In this document: in pieces, positions 41,448-53,532 of the stretch | Numbering within the stretch: the stretch's first letter is position 1 | Layout: every line of letters begins with the position of its first letter | Source: Tubiluchus corallicola | Lineage: Eukaryota; Animalia; Priapulida | DNA length: 64,000 nt | Reading direction: 5' to 3' | Assembly (NCBI GenBank): GCA_030141605.1 | Contig: JAQGDQ010000110.1 | Location: 550,361 to 614,360, forward strand | Notes under the pieces: model-generated | The model's database searches: none | Seen by the model: the letters and a program-made list of their open reading frames with translations, nothing else | Told to the model about the DNA's origin: nothing | Made by a program: the position numbers and the translations under genes

Positions 41448-42406
41448 CAATAGGCGCCGGTTAATAAACTCATGTTTAATAGACTCAATCGCTTAATTGA
41501 CTCAAAAACGCCTGGAACGGGCCGCTTCTATTCAAATATACATAAAAACTATCGGTAATTGACTCAAATAACTCTGCTTAATTTACTCAATATTTTTCCT
41601 TCACCTACTTAAAACAAGTTATTTGTATGTGCCCAAAGAACCTTTCCTACTTTTATGTCATCTTTACTTCCCTTTTGTACACTATGTATACAGATACAAT
41701 CATGTTAAGTACCGTTTTGTTTGTAAGCAGGTACGTTTGTCATGCGCTAATACGCTAATGTAGCAGTTTTGCTTTGAATCTGTTACCCACTCACCCACTG
41801 TTACCCAAAGAATGTCTGGAAGTTAAACATTTAATCACTTGCCAAGCGGTTTCCATTTGATGCTCTCATTGCAAATCACCTTTCAGGCTTAATGAGTTAA
41901 CAGTCAAAGATGCAGGTACAGTAATCACCTGGTATTCCTTGTGACTTACAAGACTAAACATCGTACAGGAAATAAGAGCAATGTAAGTGAGCAGTTGATT
42001 CAGAACTATTTTAGTCACGCTCAACAACAGATTTTCAACGAGATAATTATGAGAACTTTGTGGGCCAACTTCGTGAGAAAATGAAGCAGCCGACCTTGAA
42101 GGAATTTTTGTAATTTTTGCAAGTAAACAAACTTAGAAAAGTCTGTGATTTAGAAAAGTATACTTTTTAACTTATTGCTAATTCACTTATATAAATTAAA
42201 ATTTTAAAATGTTTTTTCTAATTTTTAACAAAGGAATTTAGGCATTACTTCGTTTCTAAAATTCATTAAAAACCTTTGCAGTGCATAGTAAACAGATGAC
42301 TCATACTTCTATACCTGTAATACTACACCCATCGGTTAATAGGTTCAGTCGGTTAATTAGGTCAAAACGCGTCGGTCCCAAAGTGAGTCTATTAGCGGCG
42401 CCTACT
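41448..42406. mobile_element. pogo/Tigger-like MITE, copy 2 (opposite orientation to 30105-31096)
   Basis: TA|CAATAGGCGCCGGTTAATAAACTCA ... TGAGTCTATTAGCGGCGCCTACT; the body is the reverse complement of copy 1. Confidence 0.85.
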
Positions 42407-42545
42407 TTATTTGTCAACACAAAGAAACATTCTATAAAGAAAAAACCTATTAACTATTTTCCATTAATCTAAAGGTTCAACACATTCTTTAGTGTCAGAA
42501 ACAGGATCATCCTGAAAAAGAATGCCAATTTTCTTGCAAAAAATT

Positions 42546-43853
42546 TCAAGTTTCAGCATTGCTTTGAGGCCAAATAGCTTCAAAATCTACATCACTCACA
42601 ATCCTATAATTCATTTTTTTATAAATCATTAGATTATTTTTTCTCGCTTCTGAATTATGGCTATAAATACGATATAAACATTCTCTCAGGTTATCCAATC
42701 CTGCAGTTTCACACAAATTGCTAATGTAGTTTTTCAAACCAGCACCAATGTAGTGGGCATAGCGTTGTGGTTCACCCTTGTCAAGTTTATGCTGCAGGTC
42801 AGCCTCTTCTTCAGCAATCATTTGTTCACGAGAAGGAAGTCGAATCACATGCTCCAATACCTTCATAGCAAACTGCACTTGATAGTGGAAGACAATAAAT
42901 GGTGGAACTTTTTGCGGGAGTCCGATGAACACCAGAGATGGATGTTCAACGTGGAGAAAGTGCTTGTACATAGGAATTACACGGTGATCGATCACTTCAG
43001 TTTTGCACTCGGGAGTTAGAAATGGAAAGGTGTAGTAGTAACCGGTGCATATTATTACAGTATCGACCACAGCACTGTCTCCGTTGCTGAACACTACAGA
43101 ATCACCATCAAACTTTGTAATGCCTGGTTTCTGGACAAAGTTCACGGGAAGTGGGCAAGTAAATGGGGCTAAGTTGTGGCTTAAAATGACATGTTTTGCA
43201 AACGGTGCTAACTCCAGGGCAATATCTGTACCAGAAGGACCTGCACCTAAACACACAACAGTTTGGTTTTGGTACACCTCGGGTATTCGATACGTGTGAC
43301 TATGGACTATTTTACCCTTAAAGCCATCTGCACCTGGTATATCCGGAAACTTTGGCTTGGAGTAGTGACCGTTACAAAGAAACACGGCATCATACACATG
43401 ATCAGACACACTAGACGACAAAAGATCTTTTACTGTTACTATCCACTTAACTGAGGCGTGATCACTACTGTTAGGTTTGCTTGGAGTTATTTGCAGCACT
43501 AAATGGTTAAACTTGATATGTCGTATCACATCAAACTTGTTGGCATAGTTCTCTAGATATGCCCTTACATCCTGGTGGTCCATGAAAGATGGGAGTTCTT
43601 CAGGAAAAGAAAAATCAGGAAATGCCATCAGTTCTTTGGGAAAATTGGTGCACAAGTATTTGTACATACTTGAGTGAATATCCAAACCCCACTGGTCAGT
43701 TCCAGTCTGGTCTGTGTAAACCCATGTTCCACCAATGTCTTTAGTTTGTTCAAACACATCATGGGCGAAAATGTTGGGTTTTGTAGAAAGAAAACGAGAA
43801 GCACATAATCCGGCTGCTCCGGCACCAATCACAGCTACATGTAATTGTGTCAT
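42546..43853 (-). CDS. FMO: Flavin-containing monooxygenase (invertebrate FMO, senecionine N-oxygenase-like), intronless CDS
   Basis: VAVIGAGAAG (FAD), GGTW, SSMY..TNFPKELMAFPDF, FMO fingerprint FKGKIVHSHTY (FxGxxxHxxxY), GAGPSG (NADPH), DTVIICTGY; 435 aa; a minus-strand acceptor CTGCAG lies about 35 nt upstream of the ATG. Confidence 0.95.
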   Translation of the reverse strand: MTQLHVAVIGAGAAGLCASRFLSTKPNIFAHDVFEQTKDIGGTWVYTDQTGTDQWGLDIHSSMYKYLCTNFPKELMAFPDFSFPEELPSFMDHQDVRAYLENYANKFDVIRHIKFNHLVLQITPSKPNSSDHASVKWIVTVKDLLSSSVSDHVYDAVFLCNGHYSKPKFPDIPGADGFKGKIVHSHTYRIPEVYQNQTVVCLGAGPSGTDIALELAPFAKHVILSHNLAPFTCPLPVNFVQKPGITKFDGDSVVFSNGDSAVVDTVIICTGYYYTFPFLTPECKTEVIDHRVIPMYKHFLHVEHPSLVFIGLPQKVPPFIVFHYQVQFAMKVLEHVIRLPSREQMIAEEEADLQHKLDKGEPQRYAHYIGAGLKNYISNLCETAGLDNLRECLYRIYSHNSEARKNNLMIYKKMNYRIVSDVDFEAIWPQSNAET

Positions 43854-44694
43854 CTTAGAAAAACAGTATCAGCAGTTAAACACGTTCCTGCAGCTATAAA
43901 AAACAATGTTTATAAAATTACAGTTCCAGTCTTGTCATTCTACACTTTTGCTGATAATTGAAAATTAACTGTTTGCATACAATCATCTCATTTCTACATG
44001 CAATATCTTATATATACCGACAAACCTCGTTATAGCGCCTCCTTTATAATGCCAACCTTGCTTAACACTCAAATTTTTGACGAAACAAAACAATTATCTA
44101 TTGCATTTATCTTATATAATTTAAAGATAAATATAAATGAAAAACGCAAAAATTATACCGGTAATAAAACAAAAATCATTTTCTACCGTTCATCATTATG
44201 GCAATATCAGAAATCAATGCAAGCAGCAAGACTGTGCTCTTACGGCCATTACGTATGACGCAGGTGTTGAGCGATTAGGTTCAGTAGGTTCAGTCAGCGA
44301 TTTTTGTTCTACAATTTTACGGTTAAACTTACAGGAAATTTGTTTAGAAGCACTAGTTGTCATAAAGCATAGTAACGTAGTACACATTATCCTGTAAAAA
44401 AGCCAATAAGCACAGCTGTGCAAATCACAATCTTTACCATAATAGTAAGTCTTCTATCACGTCACAATTATAATAATGCAATGCCAGGCCTACTATTAAT
44501 GCATTTTAGATTGCCATGCCAAATCTAGTCAAGTGTGATTTTTCGTCATGCTTGTGATACAATCACTCATCAATGACACCCATGCATAGGCCCAGACATT
44601 GTACAATCATTTAGTCACTACAATAAGAAAATTAAAGGAAAACAGGACTCCATTATAAACTATAGTTCACTACAGTCCACCCTATAAAATACTA

Positions 44695-45211
44695 AAAGAA
44701 AACACAGTTTTTTAAAGAATAACTTACGTGAAAGAATTAGTACCACACAATAGTAATTTCGCATTTGTGTGGCTAGTTCTTCACTGTTATAATGCATTTC
44801 ACGTTTTGCTAGTTAGATGGGTACTAGCACCTGCATCTCAAAAACATGTTGCTCAAAAAACAAATGCTGCGTTGTGACGTAGTGCGCACGTTCGAGTGTT
44901 CATGTGTGAAACTCGAAATTTGAATTTTTAATTTGACAAGTTTTTGTACTATAATGCTGAATGTTGTAGAGTACACTCTTTAATTTAAATTTCGCTTCCC
45001 AAACGTGTGCAATACGCTTGTGGAATGTTTGTACTGTTAAAAATTATGTTAAGTTGTGATCTCATCACTAGTTAGGCTTGCCTGCCGTTAATTAGGTTTT
45101 TAGCCTATTATTTAAGTAGCAGAAACGCGTTGGCATTATTATGGATCTCAAAATTACACGTTTTACCGTGATTCAAAATAGGGTAAAACATAAAAAACAT
45201 CCTGTCTTCCT
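44695..45211. mobile_element. Kolobok-like non-autonomous element, copy 2
   Basis: Collinear with 6144-6698; ends CATCCTGTCTTCCT|TTAG. Confidence 0.7.
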
Positions 45212-47599
45212 TTAGTCAAGATCACACCCGCTAGATCTCATAGCGCCGCGCTAGTACGCATTTTAATATTTGAATAATATTAAAATATGTTTGGCCAACT
45301 ATTGTGAACTCTGGACCGCTTTGATCATCAGAGATACACCGATTCCTAGTGGACCGAGCTCAGCATCTGCAATGTAAGCAGAAAATGGGGGTCTCAGATC
45401 CAAGCTGTGCATTCCAACTTTTCACTTTTCATGTCTTTTAAATTTGGAATCAAAATTTAATTATGTGTTTGTACCATTAAAAAGTGACAAACGTTAAAAA
45501 TTAAACACTCCGAAAACTTGCAAAAACCGAATTTTGAAAACGCTTCTAGCATCAGTAGAACTTTGAGAAAAATTAAATTGTAATTTTACAATTACATTCT
45601 TTAAAAACCTTGGGCTTACCATTCTTTTTCCTGTGAAGTAATGATAAGATGGACATTGGTCATAATTACTTGACAGTGGCAGTGCGACACTTTTGGATCA
45701 TACTTTTTGTTATCAAAATGTACATCTCCATCTTAGTGAGCTCAAGGAAATTTAAAAATCTTTCACTTGGTTAAGCACTTGGTTAATGCTTTACTCTATG
45801 TATTGCTACTGAGGTAAGTCCTACTGAGACACACAAATCTGCTAACTAAAGTCCACTGAACAGAGTGAAGTAATTACGTCAGGGTGAAAACTACCATGCT
45901 AAAATGTCCAGCCTTTTTCACGTTAGTAGAATTTTTGTGAACAGATATTAGAATGTAATAACCGATACTTGGAACATCCATAGCTATTTCTGTATAATAG
46001 AAGTACAAAGAGAGTTAGATAATAACTGGAGACTTTTTAAAAACTAAACTTAACTAGGCTTGTTTGCAACAGTGTGAAGAGTATACACCTTAGCCAGAGA
46101 CCCCTTAGATTTTGAGAGCCTAGGCTTTCAGCCTATTTAGCTTGTTGGTGAACCCGGTCCTTGAATATTCATTTTAGCTGGCTCGAAGCATTGCTTTAGA
46201 AATGTGCGTACACGCTGTTAAATGAGAATGTACGTACTTTAAATTAGTTGTTACTCAGAATCTTACTGGAGAAGTCAAATTATTACTACAACGTTTCGAC
46301 ATTGAAGAATGATCGAAATATTTGCTAGCCTTTTTTACACGAGGTTCCTAGTATTGCAGCAGTAACTGAAGTAGTCACTTGAACAATAATAGTTACCCGA
46401 GAATCTTTATTTTCATGCAGTAATAATTAAATTTGAATGAAAGCTTCGGTTGTTGTGAAGGCCAACAACTTGCATAAAAATACGCAGAAAGACACAGAAA
46501 ATGCTGGTAAATTATTGTAATTAAAAACGTGTTTAGGTAGCTTTATTTTAAATAGATTAGCACAATTCGAAGTTCGAGTTTTTTGTGGAATTAGAGCATT
46601 ATTCAGACGGCCAAACAAATCAACAGACATTGAAATAACTTGGTTTCACTGTTAGTGATATATTCTTAGTCTCAGTAGGTGTCCCACCTGTGCTTCTGAG
46701 TCCTGCGAAACGTGTGGACATCGTACTATATGCGTTAGCTGACAGACCCCGTGTACAGCAGAGTCTGTCTATCTCGTTCTTGGCGCATCCTCACACACTA
46801 TGAGAAGCTTCTCTTTAATTTCTGCCAATACAACCCTGTGTCCCACTGCTCTGGCTGAATGACAGTCACGCTTTGGACAATTCCCGCAAAAGCCCATTAA
46901 ACACGTGCTGAAACAATTATTCCAGTTTTATGGTTCAGCGATGATAATTGAAGCCCGAACTATGAGTCATAGCGCCGCGTTGCAGTCCAGAAGTCTGACT
47001 GATTCATCAAATCCCATACTTTATGAGCTCGGAAAAGGATGTTGACTATACTTCGTGCCATCACGATAACCGTGAATGATGCAAAAAAGATTTAACTCGT
47101 GATTTGATGGCGTCCATTTGTAATTTATGCAAGAATGGTTGAAAGTCAGTTGAAGAGACTGATTTTTCACGCGGGTTTATAACATCATGTGATGTTTGGT
47201 GATCAGTGTTCCTTGAAGATTAGAAAGTAACGCGATATCATTTGGATATTTATAGTATTTACATGATACTCGGATCTACACGATTCTGATTCACAAGTAC
47301 CTGCCATTTAGACGCCAGGAAGAATCGACATTATCTTGTATTTAGAACTGCTAAGCGTGCGTATTATGACGACAAAGTTTTCCACCTTTAAGGTGAGTGA
47401 GCTAATTAAGTTATTACACTGGATCGGTTTTACTGGTAACGGTAACAGTAATTTAGGCTGACATCACCAATGATAAATACGTCATTTTGACATCCACTTT
47501 CATGCGTGCGAGGTTTTGTTTGTTATCTAAAACAATCATTTGCAAAGTTATCATGCTTTTTGTCATATTATTAGAGTGTCAGCGTACAGATAATTAAAA

Positions 47600-47800
47600 A
47601 TAAGCTTCCACTTCTTCCAGACACCACACAAAACCCAAGAAGACGTAATATTAAACAAACACACACTAACAACCAATACGACAACAATTCCATCAATAAA
47701 CAAGCAGTTAAACTTTGTAATTCACTGCCACAAAACTTAAAACAAATGAAATCTTTACGAGAGTTTAAATCAAATTTAAAAATACATACTTTAAATCGTT
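47600..47800 (+). mobile_element. Crack/L2-type LINE C-terminal relic
   Basis: TNNQYDNNSINKQAVKLCNSLPQNLKQMKSLREFKSNLKYIL resembles the end of the LINE ORF at 38470-38604. Confidence 0.5.
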
Positions 47801-48012
47801 TTCAAAATCCTACGCATTTCAATGATGATATAAGTTCTTCCACAAATTTTATTTATCCGCGTGCATTCTAAATTGCATGTATCTAGTACGTCTATAGCTT
47901 GTGTTATAGTTTTCGTACAATATTGTGCTATATATTTTTGTTTTAAATTTCTTTGCACAATAATTTTTAGTTTCACTGTACGCGTTTGCCTTTAACAGTT
48001 GTGTGAATTTGA

Positions 48013-48048
<36 letters not shown>

Positions 48049-48634
48049 AAAACTGGATCTCTGGCTCCACTCTAACCTGGCAAATGAGATTGGCTGTAGG
48101 TACTTGTGTGTACTTTTGCTTGTGTTCTCTTTATTATTTCATAGTAATATTTACAGTTGCGGACACATTGTCGATTTTAGTCTCCAATTTCCGTTGTTTA
48201 ACAAAAACAAAATCATTGCGAATGGATAACTGTAGTCAGACCCTTTTTCGCGATTTTGTTAACACTGATTAAGCAAAAACTATAATAAGGTCCAAGTTCG
48301 CAGTTGTTATTCATTTTTATGCTGTGAATGTCAAAATTTGTGAAAACTGAAACGATGACGGCTTCTAGTATTTCGATAAAAATCGCTCGTCATTTTAGAC
48401 TCGACAGACAATAAACAACATTCTGTACACTTTTGCCAGTTGTTTCGATAATTGTAGTAAACATGTTGGTTAGTCCTTAGAAATAAATAATAAAAAACAA
48501 AACCTTAACTTTGTTTTGGACATCCATGTCCAAAAGGTTTTGGACTCTGAAACTTTATTTATCAAAATTGTGAAAATTAACCCAAACACATGTGCTATTA
48601 GTAATTTCTTCTAAATCTCAGCAACTTGTATATT

Positions 48635-49147
48635 TGTTACCATCTACGAAAAATACAAATTTGTTGAAGATATAGCATAGAGTAAAGTACAGTCAAACCA
48701 CTTTATACTGCTTACTTTGGGACTGCAAAAAAGTTTTCGTTAAACGAGTTTGGCATTATAATGAGATGTACTAATGTATACATGTCTATGCATATACAGA
48801 CATTTTGTTTTGCTAAAAATTTGAGCACTAAGCAAGATTAGTATTATAAAGCGGGCTGTTATAACTTGGTTTGACTGTAGTGAAAGTTTGCCCTTTCTCA
48901 GCAAAGGCTACGCATTTATTAATGAAACAGTAAAAATATGTGAACAAGAGCTTCGAATCTTAATCATTTATTTCATGTTCAGCAGTTAGTCAGCAATAAC
49001 AATTATTACAGCTCTTTAGTTTACTTATACTACAACATGATTCAGAGGTAAAATAACGTAAAACGATGAACATGAACAGCGATCTTAATAAGCAGCCCTT
49101 GGCTATACAACAGTAACTGTCAAAATAGGCCCATACTTTATTAAAAT
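48635..49147 (+). repeat. 513-bp direct repeat, copy B
   Basis: Near-identical to 40250-40762; offset 8385 bp. Confidence 0.92.
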
Positions 49148-49858
49148 GTTATTACGTGCCAATAACACGTAATAAAGATCTGACATGAATTCTGCATATA
49201 TTATAACCTGTAAATTCAAAATAGGCATAGGAAATCTATAATCTGAAAACATATTAAACAATCTATAATCATCAGTTTAGGTATGAACAGATAGACAACC
49301 CGTTACACCACTTTTAAGAAAAAAAGAGATGTGACAACTCGAGAATATGAAAGGAAATTTAAAGATAACCCGATACTTTTAAATTTTGGCAACTTTTATG
49401 CTAGTTAATTGGCACAACCCATGCCATGTAATATATTATGCTCTTTCAGTTTGATTTGTAGGAATTATTAATTTACTGAAACAGGCATGTCAAAATATAG
49501 TGCGTCATGTGTCAAGAAGGTCAGGGGTCACAGGGCAAAATTAAAGAATAACTTTTGTCAGTGGGCTAGGAGTGAAAAACGAATCACCATTATCTATTAA
49601 CCTAGGAGTGAAAAACGACTCACCATTATGAAAAAGTGACATATGTCTAACACTAATAAAGTTTTGAGGTAAAAAGTGACTTGGGGTGACACATGTTACT
49701 ATCCCAACAAGTTATGTAAGTTATGGTACAATTTACATAGCTATTACCTGTGTTATAATAACTTACTAATAGTAACACCTATTATATATTTAATAGCTAC
49801 TAACAACTTGTGCATAGTCATTACTCAGTCATTGTTTGTTTCAGAAAGTTAAACAGTC

Positions 49859-50695
49859 ATGGTAACTTCGTGTTTCTCGCAGTCATTCCTCATCCTCATC
49901 CTCAGTTTCTTGACTTCTTTCTTCCTGAATGAAACGGTTCCGTCCATGACCGTAGACATCGCAGCGGTGCAAGAGATTTCGGCAACAGAGAACTTCATCT
50001 ACGTCTCGTGGACTACTGAGCACCAGGGCTCTACTAGTCCACACCGCCTCCAGATTGAGTTGTCCTGGAGGAAGGTGACGCCTGACGACCTTTTCTACCC
50101 AGTGAAAAAAATCGACGGCAATGACGACATTTATGACTATATCATCACCAGCATCGTTCCGAATATGTGGTACTTTGTCTGCTTCAAGGCCGTGCAGATA
50201 TCGTTGACTGGCTCTTCAGAAGTGAAGGAATGCGAAGTTGTAAAGACGTCTATGAATTCAAGCAAACAGTCACTGTATCAGTACGAAATTGAACCCAGAT
50301 ATGACGAAATCGTAGTGATGCTACATTTTACACGTCTTGCATCAGACGCCATGCCTTACAATAAAATGGAAATACAACCATACATCCAAGAGTTACAGGA
50401 CTCTTGGCCCATTGTGGATCATACACACACTACAAGGACATACAAGTACAAAAAACTAACGCCGGGTGCCAATTATACTGTGTGTCTATGGATAGAGTTT
50501 TCCATTACTTATATAACTGGTAGTGCAGTCACTGAAGAAAGTTGTGAAGTCATTACAACTGGTGAGCAACTAAAACCTGGTGAAGTGCCAGACAGCAAAG
50601 CTTTGCAACATAATAAGGCTGAAAAGCTGAATGTGTGCCTAATTGTGACAATGTTTTTTCCACTGTTCACATTTTTTTGGAAAAGCTATACATGA
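49859..50695 (+). CDS. Secreted or GPI-anchored protein with two fibronectin type III-like domains
   Basis: N-terminal hydrophobic signal; repeats SATENFIYVSW..YIITSIVPNMWYFVC and YKYKKLTPGANYTVC (FN3 LxPxxxY motif); short hydrophobic C-terminus; acceptor TTGTTTCAG just upstream of the ATG. Confidence 0.75.
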   Translation: MVTSCFSQSFLILILSFLTSFFLNETVPSMTVDIAAVQEISATENFIYVSWTTEHQGSTSPHRLQIELSWRKVTPDDLFYPVKKIDGNDDIYDYIITSIVPNMWYFVCFKAVQISLTGSSEVKECEVVKTSMNSSKQSLYQYEIEPRYDEIVVMLHFTRLASDAMPYNKMEIQPYIQELQDSWPIVDHTHTTRTYKYKKLTPGANYTVCLWIEFSITYITGSAVTEESCEVITTGEQLKPGEVPDSKALQHNKAEKLNVCLIVTMFFPLFTFFWKSYT

Positions 50696-51103
50696 ATATT
50701 GATACCAAGCAAACTTATAAAATATCAGAAATATATTTGTAAGACACAATAATCGTTTATCTTTATGTTACATATTTGGCGAATAAAATAATGGTTCACG
50801 TACAATTAAATTTGTGTAACTTGAGATTTTTCGCAATTTTATATATACAAGTTAGAATAAAGGATACATCGGGGTAAAAAAGCCAGTAAGAGTACAATAA
50901 GTAAGCTATTGCATCAAATTATTACTCATTCAATTGAGAGTCTATCATGCCCCCATTATTCAGTGTACAAGCTGCTTGCGTCTCGCACAGCCTACAATCT
51001 TGAGTGATAGTGCCGGAGACTCAGAGAGATCAGGGTCAAATTCCAGATTTGCTAACACATCTCACTGATGTCTCACAAGTTTGTCTTTTCAATATTGATC
51101 AAC

Positions 51104-51243
51104 AGTATGTCCTTGGAACACGTTAACTTGCACTCTGCACTGGCTGTGTGGTGAGTATGATTCACGATACATCAATAGTATGCCCTTGGAACACGTTAAC
51201 TTGCACTTTGCACTGGCTGTGTGGTGAGTATGATTCACGATAC
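51104..51243. repeat. 73-bp tandem duplication
   Basis: AGTATG.CCTTGGAACACGTTAACTTGCACT.TGCACTGGCTGTGTGGTGAGTATGATTCACGATAC twice. Confidence 0.9.
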
Positions 51244-51271
51244 CTTCTGGCGGGTTTCGTCTTACCAGAAG

Positions 51272-51667
51272 GTAATAACCGTATCCAGTCAGACTAAAAC
51301 AGCTGCAGAGAGTGCAAAAGCAATTTTTAAATGATATTTTCAACTTTGAACTGAACTAAAAGTGAAAAAACGCACATTGTGTGAATAATAGTGAATGAAT
51401 AATACTCTAGATCACAAAACAATGCCTGACTAAATGTCCAGTCAACAAAAAACTCCAACAGAATGCTCTATTCAAGTACCTTGTACATGCAAAGCAAAAT
51501 GTTTTTTAAAGAAAAAACTTGTAATTCTTGATAGGACCATTTCTTCAATTACATATCGACCTTAAATTGTTGAATTTGTTTAACATACGTCGCTACTGAT
51601 TTTGTAGAATGAAACAGCCATTGTGATATTTAACCCCGAACAGCTTGCTTGTGTGCAGCTTATAAAA
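51272..51667 (+). repeat. About 350-400-bp direct repeat, copy A (copy B at 62202-62545)
   Basis: GTAATAACCGTATCCAGT..AGAGAGTGCAAAAGCAATTTTTAAATG..ACTCTAGATCACAAAACAATGCCTGACTAAATGTCCAGTCAACAAAAAACTCC..TTAACCCCGAA is shared, with a few indels. Confidence 0.9.
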
Positions 51668-52093
51668 TGTTGAGTACATAGAAAGTGCATTTTACATTGA
51701 AACCTCAGTATTTAACTGTTCAGCCCGCCACCCGCGGGTCAAAGGTCAATAAATCTTCACATAACTTATATCATTCAGTTTGTCTCATTGAGACCTTTCA
51801 TTTGTTGTATTACAAGCCAGTTTCGGTTGACACTGGAAGACTCCTGTATTTTCAACCCCTATTTTGCCCGCTAGTGGGGTCGCAGATTAACCATTCATTG
51901 TAACCTATCCATTTCGATTCGTCTCTCCGAGGCCTTTCATCTGATATGCTGCATGGTACTATTCATAGGCACTCGATGCATTTTTGTTCCCGACCCCCAT
52001 TTTTCGGTTTTTGCCCACTAATGGGGTCAGAGATCAACCAATCTCGGAATAACTTATAGTGTTCGGGTAGTAATTGCTAATGTGACATTAACC

Positions 52094-53365
52094 TCAGTTA
52101 GAAAACGGGTTCTTTAGTGAGACTAAGCTGGCATACTTCTTGTCAAAACATTGATCATTATACCACCATGCACTCAAGGCTTTGTAGGCACCAAACCAAT
52201 TTCTTTCAGCTTCATTCCTCTCAAGCACTGAATTTTGTTTGTGAAGTTTTTTACATAACTCACACCAAAAGTCTTGTCTGTGTTTTAAAAGTATCCTGTA
52301 ATAATTACTGCTAGTTGGAAACATCAAATTCGCTCTGTGATGTATTTTCCACAAAAAGTATTTACTATATTCCTCCTCTGTCATACTTTGTAAGAATTTT
52401 GCCAACATTTCTGGTGTGGCAAAGGCGTCCACATTGATGTAGGAATTAGGAGGAAGGAAATGGGTGTAGTTTGCACCACCTAAAACTATTGGTACCACGT
52501 CATACTGCAGCGTGGCGTAAACCTTTTCTGTAATGTAATCATTACAGACGGAGTTTTCGAAAGCTAAATAGAACTTGTAATTCTTTTCCAAAAACGTGTA
52601 CATGTGTTTGAAATCCCGCTTAGACTTTTTATTTTGACATTTTCCATATATGTCCACAGCAATGAACTTCTTCAAATGATACACGTAATATTCTCTTAAA
52701 CTTGCTGTTTTACAGTGACTTACAAACCAAGCAATGAGTCTAGACTTTCGGTGTCTTCTGTGTTGACCATACTTATATGTCTCTCCGGGATCACGTTTGG
52801 TTATATCGCCATACTTTAATACTATATCAGAGTCTAATCTGTACGTCATTGTCCAATGTATGAAGCCATCCAATTCGCTTAAATTTGCTTTGGTATAAGA
52901 TGGTGACTCTGCTAAATAAAAAACCCATTTCTGTCCTTCTAGTCTTTCTACGAGACTGGGTTTAATGTAATCATCACGGGGATGAATAACAACAGCACTG
53001 CTTTTAGTCAATAGAGAGCGATTGTTTGTAGTTTCACAGTAAGAAGAATCAAGTGGACAGTTCTTAACAAATGGTTTCCTGCCAAATCCCCATCTAAAAT
53101 CTTTATTAGCGTGTAATTTATTCCAGAGTAAGATAAGCTTGGTTGTTCCGGTACTGTTGAGTCTTCTTAATTTAGGCTGATCTTTTGCACAGATATAGGA
53201 ATCCGGACTATCGCAAACAGTACGCCGAAAGGCTGTTTCAGTCTTTTGAGTTAGGTGCGAGATCATGAAACTGTAACATATAAAAATAGCGAAACAAAAT
53301 GAAGGCAGAACAAAAATCGCCTTGGTTAAAATGACTTTTTTGTAACAGTTTTTTAAACAGCACAT
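52094..53365 (-). CDS. Alpha-1,3-fucosyltransferase (GT10), type II membrane protein, intronless CDS
   Basis: N-terminal TM, ILLW, ESP, WTMTYRLDSD, AWFVSHC, alpha-1,3-FucT motif YKFYLAFENSVCNDYITEK, VVPIVLG, YFLWK, CELC. Confidence 0.95.
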   Translation of the reverse strand: MCCLKNCYKKVILTKAIFVLPSFCFAIFICYSFMISHLTQKTETAFRRTVCDSPDSYICAKDQPKLRRLNSTGTTKLILLWNKLHANKDFRWGFGRKPFVKNCPLDSSYCETTNNRSLLTKSSAVVIHPRDDYIKPSLVERLEGQKWVFYLAESPSYTKANLSELDGFIHWTMTYRLDSDIVLKYGDITKRDPGETYKYGQHRRHRKSRLIAWFVSHCKTASLREYYVYHLKKFIAVDIYGKCQNKKSKRDFKHMYTFLEKNYKFYLAFENSVCNDYITEKVYATLQYDVVPIVLGGANYTHFLPPNSYINVDAFATPEMLAKFLQSMTEEEYSKYFLWKIHHRANLMFPTSSNYYRILLKHRQDFWCELCKKLHKQNSVLERNEAERNWFGAYKALSAWWYNDQCFDKKYASLVSLKNPFSN

Positions 53366-53521
53366 TTTACACTATGAAGTAGCAAGTTGAAATACTACAA
53401 GTACTGAAAAGACATGCTTGTACGAGTATAAAAGCAAGTCCTTTACTCGATAAACATTTCACGTAAATGTAAGTGTAGTTAAGTTGGTAAGAAGTATGTG
53501 ACCGGCTTGATTTTGTGGTGC

Positions 53522-53532
53522 TGCGCATGCGT
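53522..53532. promoter_or_regulatory. NRF1-like motif upstream of the fucosyltransferase
   Basis: TGCGCATGCGT about 160 bp 5' of the FucT ATG. Confidence 0.35.

Noticed and set aside
42546-43853. Intronless FMO as a bacterial horizontal transfer
   Set aside because: Motifs and length resemble invertebrate FMOs and an upstream splice acceptor is present; there is no positive evidence without a phylogeny.
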